Below, in pieces: positions 56,773 to 64,000 of a stretch of 64,000 bases of DNA; positions within the stretch are counted from its first letter, which is position 1; each line of letters begins with the position of its first letter. The DNA is from Schizochytrium sp. TIO01 (taxonomy: Eukaryota > Protista > Bigyra: Labyrinthulomycetes), in contig SMSO01000025.1 in assembly GCA_004764695.1 (NCBI GenBank), positions 4,442,862 through 4,506,861 of the forward strand. Direction: 5' to 3'. Made by a program: the position numbers and the translations under genes. The notes below the pieces were generated by a model, which worked only from the letters and a program-made list of their open reading frames with translations, was not told the DNA's origin and did no database searches.

Positions 56773-58524
56773 TCATGCAACGTGCATAGGTAATGGGGTC
56801 GAACTATGTGGGATTTGCTGCAAAGAAGTTCGTGTCTGCTGCAGCTCGACCGTTTGGCGCTGCTGGAGCCTTTCCGAGGCAGTCTCTTTGGCAATTTCTC
56901 GACCAAGGAGCAAGGACGAAACCGTACTAATCATGGAACCACATGCAAAATAAAAGAATGAGCTCATGTCAGCATCGTTGAGCTCTGAAAGTACAGAGGT
57001 CTCGTAAATTATCGTCTCAAGGTATCCCACAAGAAATGGGCCAACACGCATCACTGTTGCAGTAAGTGCGAGATTCATACTGTATGAAGAAACGTGTCCA
57101 GGGAAATTACTCGTCACAAGAACTGTCGGACTACTGCAAAGTCCTCCATATCCGAAGCCAACGAGAGATGCTGAAAGATATGCATTTCCTAGAGATGGTT
57201 TGGCAACATACATGATTACCCCTGTAAAGAGGAAGACATTCCAAATTGCAATAACGTACGCCCAGTTCAGCTGAGCGTACACAAATGTTACAACTAGGCG
57301 AGAAAAGACTACCATACTTAGAAAAGCGAGCGTGCAGCGGAATATCACTGTGTCCACTTCAGCGTCATCTTTGTCCTCAACCAAAGTATAAGCAAGGGTC
57401 CCTATGGAATTTAAAAAGGTCACACCCACACCAAAACCAAACATTGTAGAAATGAAGGTCAGCCAAACAATACGATTGAAAATATAATCCTGAATCGTTG
57501 GACCAGGTGGATGGGTCGATATTCCAGAATATACCGACGTATCAAGGCCAGAGGCATCCTGCGATCCATTGAGGTGGTTCCGAGAAGACAAATCAGGGTT
57601 TGCACTCGATAAACTTGGCGCAGAATCTGGTCCTTGCTCCTCGGACACATCTGTGCTACTGTGAACCCCGTCACTACCCGTCGCCATGTCACGAAGGCGA
57701 CCATCGGTATCTGACATTTCAGGTGCAGCAATGGTAGGTGGTTCACTCTGGTCTAAATACTCTCCCTGCGGATACGTTGAGGACCTTGAGGAGTCTGATG
57801 GCAGGATAGATGGAAGGTCAAGAACTGGAACTGCTTCGAAGCGGCCCCGCACCATATATTTGAAGCGAAATGCTGCCAACACAATGTAAGCAGCAAGTAG
57901 CAAGCCGATGTTTGCTGTGAGCGAGAACTCGTCGAAGAAGTTATGATACAACAAGGTGTAGAAAACAGCTCCCAATGCAGCGGAAAACCCCATCGATGCT
58001 ACGCCCATCCGCCTTTGACTTCGGTCTGATGCAAAAATAAAGTTCACAATACTCAAGCTATGGTATTGCGAAAGACCCAGACCACTGCCCCAAACGGTGA
58101 AAGCAAATGTCAAGGCATCACCTCCACTGATGCCTGGACCGCTCCAATTCGATGATGAACCTGTCGATGTCGACCCAGATTCATCTTGCATGCTGGACAA
58201 TATCACAATCATGAGAAGCAGACCGCCCGCAATAATTGAAGATGAAAGCGCCGTTATTGCACGGTCCATGCCTACGGTACTTAAATTAAGAAACGAGCTA
58301 GAGTAGAAATGACCAAATGGAAAGGACACCAGTCCAAATCCCAGTTGAATGCAGACGCCAGCCAAAATGATCTGTGAGCGGTCGAAACCAGCATCTTGAA
58401 ACTTTGACGTGAACATGGGGAAGGCATACATGAGCCCTACCATTCCACTCGTTAGTGCGCACGCAAGGTAACACGCTCGAGACTCAAGCCAGCCCTGCGC
58501 TACAGCGCCATCCTCCCCGCTCAT
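56773..58524 (-). CDS. MFS transporter, array copy 11 (subfamily B)
   Basis: 583 aa, ATG start, paralogous motifs. Confidence 0.87.
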   Translation of the reverse strand: MSGEDGAVAQGWLESRACYLACALTSGMVGLMYAFPMFTSKFQDAGFDRSQIILAGVCIQLGFGLVSFPFGHFYSSSFLNLSTVGMDRAITALSSSIIAGGLLLMIVILSSMQDESGSTSTGSSSNWSGPGISGGDALTFAFTVWGSGLGLSQYHSLSIVNFIFASDRSQRRMGVASMGFSAALGAVFYTLLYHNFFDEFSLTANIGLLLAAYIVLAAFRFKYMVRGRFEAVPVLDLPSILPSDSSRSSTYPQGEYLDQSEPPTIAAPEMSDTDGRLRDMATGSDGVHSSTDVSEEQGPDSAPSLSSANPDLSSRNHLNGSQDASGLDTSVYSGISTHPPGPTIQDYIFNRIVWLTFISTMFGFGVGVTFLNSIGTLAYTLVEDKDDAEVDTVIFRCTLAFLSMVVFSRLVVTFVYAQLNWAYVIAIWNVFLFTGVIMYVAKPSLGNAYLSASLVGFGYGGLCSSPTVLVTSNFPGHVSSYSMNLALTATVMRVGPFLVGYLETIIYETSVLSELNDADMSSFFYFACGSMISTVSSLLLGREIAKETASERLQQRQTVELQQTRTSLQQIPHSSTPLPMHVA

Positions 58525-59219
58525 GGCAAGGCCGTGAGCTCTTGGCAGGTTTCGTCTGGGATTAAAAACTCTCTACACCCAAGTTCAGTTTAAGGTCTTG
58601 TGCAAGGTATCGAGCCCAGCGTCGTGTATCATTCTTGATTTGCGTCGATGGATTACTTGAGGCTTGGTTGTCTCGACTTGATAGTGACACACCCTGAATC
58701 CATCGCGATAGGAAAAAGCAAGGAACGTACGCATGGTACTCCTAAAGTAAACCGTAGACGAAAGGATAAGGACGAATGTACCAGGTCAAGTATCAATTGG
58801 CCATCGTGCATGATTAAACGTTTTCTGCCTGCATGAAACAAGCAAAAACGTAGATACATATTTGCAAAAATGAAATCTTAATAGGGGTGTCAGAAGTGTG
58901 TGAGAAGTTGGAGAAGTTATTCCCTAGTTTCACTTTCTGCTTGTTTTAATAAATCTCAGCAAAGTGTTCCAAAGACAGAGGATATTTTAGAGCAATTTGT
59001 TAAGGAAGCACAGCATATTTTAGCGAGTAATTAAAGACATACTATAGATACATAGAAACATAAACTAAAGATGTAGAAGTCTCGTAGTTGAAAAGGACTT
59101 ATGATACGAACGAAGCACCGAAAGATATTAATAATAAAAAGAAGAATAACGATAGCCTAGTACAATAAACACGGAACTGCTTGCTTAGATCACCTTCAAA
59201 AAGAAAAAAGCCCAGCTTC

Positions 59220-61085
59220 TCAGGTAATTTGGAGGACTCGCCTAGGCAAGGATGGTGGAGACGAAGAGGAGCCGTGGGACCGACTTTCATCGTTTCGAGA
59301 AGCCTCTCCAAAGATACTATCTTCTGGTTGTGAGTGAGTATCACCCTCCGAAACTTCGACGAGATCAGTTAGGTGGTCTTTTTGGATCTCTCTCCCAAGT
59401 AAAAACGAGCATGCTGTGCTTACGAAAGATCCACATAGAAAATAGATAAATGTACTAAAGTTCTCAAAGTCCTCGTCATTAAAGCCTGCCAAAGATGACT
59501 TTTCGTAAATGACAGTTTCGAGATATCCAATAAGAAAAGGTCCAACACGCATGACAGTCGTTGTGACTGCAAGGTTCATTCCATAGTAGGCAATACTTCC
59601 AGGGAAGTTGCTTGTGCAAATAACAGCCGGACTGCTGCTAAGACCTCCAAAGCCAAGCCCAACTAGGGATGCTGACATATATGCACCGATCAAGGTCGGC
59701 TTAGCCGTATATACTAAAATTCCTACAAAGAGAAGCACATTCCATACTGTCATTACGTACGGCCAATTTAAGTGCGCATAGATGATTGTTGTAATGAGAC
59801 GCGAAAGAATAATGAAGCATAGAAAGGCCAAGGTTAAGTAGTATGTGACAAGCTCGACCTGGACTTCACCCTCTACCAATGTACCTGCAAGATTACCCAA
59901 TGAACTAAGGTAGGTGGAACCGACGCCGAAACCAAAAAAGGTAGATACGGATGTGAGCCATACAATGCGACTTGAAACATAGTCATGAAATGTTGGAGCC
60001 CTCTGTGCACTAGCAACAATCGGGCGGGAGCGTGTGGAGGAGTTGACATTATATCCTTCAGTGGTGTGCTCCTCGCGTCCACTTGAATCCCCTGAATTTG
60101 ACTCGTCATACGCAAAACTTGTTGAGCTACTTTCTGCTGGAGAATGCGCCGATGCGGTTGCCGCGGCTGCTGACACGGTATGGGCTTGGTGCGACTGATT
60201 CGCAAGGGAATCTCCTGGAAACACGCTGGAGAGTCGTGAGGTCGTACTGGATGCGCTTGAGGTGCTTCCTGAACGAAGAATAGAAGGTAATTGTGGGAGT
60301 TCAAGGGAGGGGGGCTCCTCAAAGCGGCCTCTTACCATATACTTAATTCTAAAGCCCGTAAGGACAAGATATCCACCAAGCAGAACAACAAAGTTATACA
60401 TGAGCGAGAGGTAAATAAGGGCATAGTGGTAGATGAGCGTGTAGATCACGGCACCAATTCCAAGAGCAAACGCCATAGAGGCAACTGCCATTCTTCGCTG
60501 AGCCTTGTCTGCAGCAAAGATGAAGTTGACGAGGCTAAGACTATGGAACTGCGAAAGCCCAAGCGCACAACCCATCATCATGAATGCAAAGCTGAGAAGT
60601 TGAGCGTTAACCGCATCACCTGTCTCTTCTGCACGTGCAGTTGCTGCAATCATAATCAGGAGACACACAATCATAAGTGAGCAAGCAAGAATATTCATTG
60701 CGCGGTCCATAGCGGCCGGCCCAAGGCTGAAAACTGAGTTTGAGTATACGTGTCCAAATGGAAATGCCACAAGTCCAAAACCGAGCTGGATCAAGACGCC
60801 TGCAATGACGACCTCTGAGCTGCTCAGGCCTGCGTTGAGCAACTTGGGCGTTAGCATGGGAAACGCATACATGATCCCATTTGTCGCACTCGTCGTCGCA
60901 CAAGTTACATAGCACGCTCTAGATTTGGCCCATCCCTGATTTTCTCGCCCTGCTGCCAAGCCTTCGACTTCCTCTGCCTCTCGGCCTTCTCCGAAGTCTC
61001 TTCTGTCATTATTGGCGCTCTCCAAGGTGGCATCTGCACTTGCATCTGCGGAAGCATTTCTCGCCATCCTCGCCATCCCCGCCAT
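59220..61085 (-). CDS. MFS transporter, array copy 12 (subfamily B)
   Basis: First ATG at 61085 (alternatives 61076, 61067); paralogous motifs. Confidence 0.87.
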   Translation of the reverse strand: MAGMARMARNASADASADATLESANNDRRDFGEGREAEEVEGLAAGRENQGWAKSRACYVTCATTSATNGIMYAFPMLTPKLLNAGLSSSEVVIAGVLIQLGFGLVAFPFGHVYSNSVFSLGPAAMDRAMNILACSLMIVCLLIMIAATARAEETGDAVNAQLLSFAFMMMGCALGLSQFHSLSLVNFIFAADKAQRRMAVASMAFALGIGAVIYTLIYHYALIYLSLMYNFVVLLGGYLVLTGFRIKYMVRGRFEEPPSLELPQLPSILRSGSTSSASSTTSRLSSVFPGDSLANQSHQAHTVSAAAATASAHSPAESSSTSFAYDESNSGDSSGREEHTTEGYNVNSSTRSRPIVASAQRAPTFHDYVSSRIVWLTSVSTFFGFGVGSTYLSSLGNLAGTLVEGEVQVELVTYYLTLAFLCFIILSRLITTIIYAHLNWPYVMTVWNVLLFVGILVYTAKPTLIGAYMSASLVGLGFGGLSSSPAVICTSNFPGSIAYYGMNLAVTTTVMRVGPFLIGYLETVIYEKSSLAGFNDEDFENFSTFIYFLCGSFVSTACSFLLGREIQKDHLTDLVEVSEGDTHSQPEDSIFGEASRNDESRSHGSSSSPPSLPRRVLQIT

Positions 61086-64000
61086 CGTGCAACGCGCCAA
61101 GCGCTGCGTGCGCTTCGTTACCGCTCGACAAAGAACCTCGCGCTACCCCTTGGATTTGCTATCCCTGGCGCCAAAAGCTCTGGTTCAGACCCAGCTCCCA
61201 ATTCTGATTCTGGTTTCACTCCAGTTCTGCTCATTCTACATTATTTTCTATTTTCAAGATGTCTCCTATGAGCCTGGTTAGCAGTATATAGTACTATGTA
61301 TACAGGCCTCTAGCTAGCTATAGTAGTTCCAGGGTTTTCGAAATCATAAGATAGTGGTATAATTAACGCAAGCAAGATAAGCAGATCCATCCTTCGGACC
61401 AGGACCGTCGAAGAACTCCTGCTTCCCATCCCGCCTCTGCGACTTTAGGTCCACTACACCTTCGCCTTTCCCGCCCTCGCGTCCTCTTCGTCCTCTTCCT
61501 TCACGCCGTCTCCTGCCTCGGTGTCTCTCGCCATGTCGTACTCATGCTTAGCAGGGCAGGCATCGTGATGCCATCAACATGAATGAGCCAAGCCATCCTC
61601 GCATCGCAGCGCATCACCCGCGTGGCCTCCGGCGCTCCAAGTGACCAACCGTGACCCGGTCCACGCGGGTCTGCCCTGCGCTGGCCTGCCTCGTCGAACT
61701 GCTTCCCGGCACCACGCGCCGCGGGCTCTTGGGCTCTGCTTTGCGCGTCTTTCGCAGCGGCACTTGCCTACGAGGTCCTAGCGGCGCACTGTTGGCGCAC
61801 CTGGGTCGCCCCGGTTTGCGCAGGTTTCTGTAAGGCCAGCAAGGACCATCGTGGCGTCTCCGCGCTGTTCTGCGGGACCACGCGCTCCAAAACGAAGTGC
61901 CAACGAACTGGGCGCTGCTCGCTGGCCCGCCCCGGTTTCGCAGGCCCCGCGCGGCGACCTGGGAGCGCCGCAGGGGGCCCTCGCAAGGCTGGTTCGCGAT
62001 TGACCTGCTCGTATGGGTTTGAGAGCGCTCTGCTTGGCGCAAATGAGGTGATGGGTGTGCACCCGCTGCTATGCTAGCTGGACCGTAGGAGGCGCTGCGA
62101 TGTAGCTGGGACTAGGGAGGAGCTAGGGGCGCGAAGGAGGCCGAGACGGCGCGCGAAGACATGGAGCTGTACTGTGCTGTACTGCGGAGTGAGTTGACGC
62201 GGCGATGACGATCGCCATGGACGCGTTGGGACGTCAAGGGTGTGCGCTCGAAGGGCGGGTACTTGAAGATGGGATCGCGACGATCAGCGAAATCAGCAGG
62301 CTACACTTAGACAAGTTACTGGAAAGCGTGTACGCCTGGTCGGCCCGCAAGCAAGCTTGCAGCGACGCGGCACTGGGCGCGTGAATTTTCATCGGTACGG
62401 TGCGCGTGGAGGTCGTGGTCGTCGCTAGTGCTCGGGTTCGGGAGTGAGGAGGAAGCGTGTAAGCGAGGGCACCGTTTAGTCGCGATCTCATTTCTTTGCA
62501 GGTGAGAAAACCACTGGTTTTCCAGTAATCCTTTAATCTAGAAGACTGCATTTCATTTCACTGCGACATCGCCGCGTTTCCGATGCGACTGCTTTCTTCA
62601 TATTCACTTCGCTTCGGCGGCGAGGTCTTTGATTCATTGTTACCCTTTCATCCGCCTCCACGTGGCAGCCCTCCCCATCAATTACTTCCCGAAGCCATCT
62701 TTCCCGAAGCATTCGCAGAGGTCCTTCAGTTGCCCAAGATCTTGAAATGTCAGGCCCTGCATTCCAAAATGTAATCAGAATGGCCCCCATATTGCATTGA
62801 TTCGTGCATAATAAGCTCCACTTCTCAAGACTCGTCACGATTGGCTTCTCCGGACCCTCGTATCCACACGATTTGTGCATTACATTATCTTCAATGTGGA
62901 CAATAGGGTGTTGTTTTCCGTTTGTGACTCTGAGGAAGGTACCTAGGTAGGCTACATCTTAAGCGTCGCCAAGCTTTTGCGTTTCCCGGAGTCAATGCCA
63001 AGGGGTTTGTTTGTGTGGACAGGGCGCTGGTTTTAGATTATCCGGAATGCTGGTGCTCTATGATGATTTGGTTCAACAAATGAGTGATTGTCCAAGGCCA
63101 ATGTAATTCGGAAAAGAGAATTTTTATTTTTTGAATTTAAAGAAAAAAAAAATCGCTGAGGAAGGTTTCTCAAAAGTGTCGAATCGGAAAACGATTGAGT
63201 GCCTACTTCTAACGTTATTATTATGTAGATACTACCGCGGTTTTCAAGCTAAAACAATTTTTAAAACGATCTTCTTTTGAAAAAAGAAAAGAAAGACAAA
63301 ACTTTCATTTTAGAAACAATAAATGAATTCGATGAGCCTAATACCCTATGGATGGCTATATGATTAGTAGAGGGGAAGTTTGAAAAAACTAAAATAAAAC
63401 TCTATGTAGGAAGAGAAAGAACTTTGAAGAGAGGGTTTTGGAAGGACAGAGAAAGGAAAGAGAGAAAAAGAGGAAAAAGATTTTGGGATCGTGATTATTT
63501 ACTCTTTCTCTTTTTCTTTTTTAAAATTAATTATGCAAAGGAACAGATAAGTACTTTAGAAATGACAATCAAAATCGATCCATTGATCATTTCACTCGAT
63601 CAAGCAATCAGTCAATCACTTAAAGGCACGACTCAAGATTAGCGGGCTTGGAAAGAACTTCGGCAACAAATCAGCAAATCGCTTACTCAAGTTTGCGGAG
63701 CCCTGCCTATATCAGGTGCAGAAGAGAGAGTTCGTTGTTCGACCTGATCGACGTGGCGGCAGACTCGGATCGACCTGAACGCTCGAAGTATATCTTCGCC
63801 GTGAAGGCTAGTAGTAACAGGAAGGAAATTCAGAAGGAAGCTTCGGCGACGAGAGAGAAGAGGAGCTGCAAAACACCTATCTCGAGGGAACAGACCGTTA
63901 ATAGATTGTCAAGCGATTGAGTGATCGCCTCCAGAGATTCATCTCGAGAGATTGAGATTCTAGCATAATTGCAACTACTGCAAAATCTATATTCTTGGCG

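Noticed and set aside
23177-61085. Assembly artefact or bacterial operon as the origin of the MFS array
   Set aside because: The copies are strongly diverged with unique spacers of about 0.7-2.6 kb, and there is no operon-like packing.
61614-62880. GC-rich ORFs upstream of copy 12
   Set aside because: Open in several frames on both strands; more like GC-rich promoter/UTR DNA, with no domain evidence.
63562-64000. Possible gene at the right edge
   Set aside because: Frames are interrupted by stops on both strands and no product can be supported.

Overview
Eukaryotic, intron-poor protist DNA. Long single-exon ORFs, microsatellite-rich spacers and a Pol III tRNA gene suggest a thraustochytrid/labyrinthulomycete (Aurantiochytrium/Schizochytrium-like); this is inference. 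The left 22 kb holds a frameshifted AT-hook/Zn-finger, transposase-like gene running off the left edge, a Cys-rich membrane protein, a CFAP97-domain protein, a decayed nuclease+kinase (Crinkler-like) pseudogene, a 2OG-Fe(II) oxygenase, ETF alpha, a large WW/EF-hand protein and a tRNA-Asp(GTC). The dominant feature is a ~38 kb head-to-tail array (23177-61085) of 12 divergent Nodulin-like/Mch1-type MFS transporter paralogues on the minus strand. They split positionally into two subfamilies and most share a short C-terminal motif; two middle copies are independently truncated. A foldback-like element with modular inverted repeats (about 42.2-43.2 kb) and several decayed gene remnants lie between the copies. 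No CRISPR array or prokaryotic operon is present.
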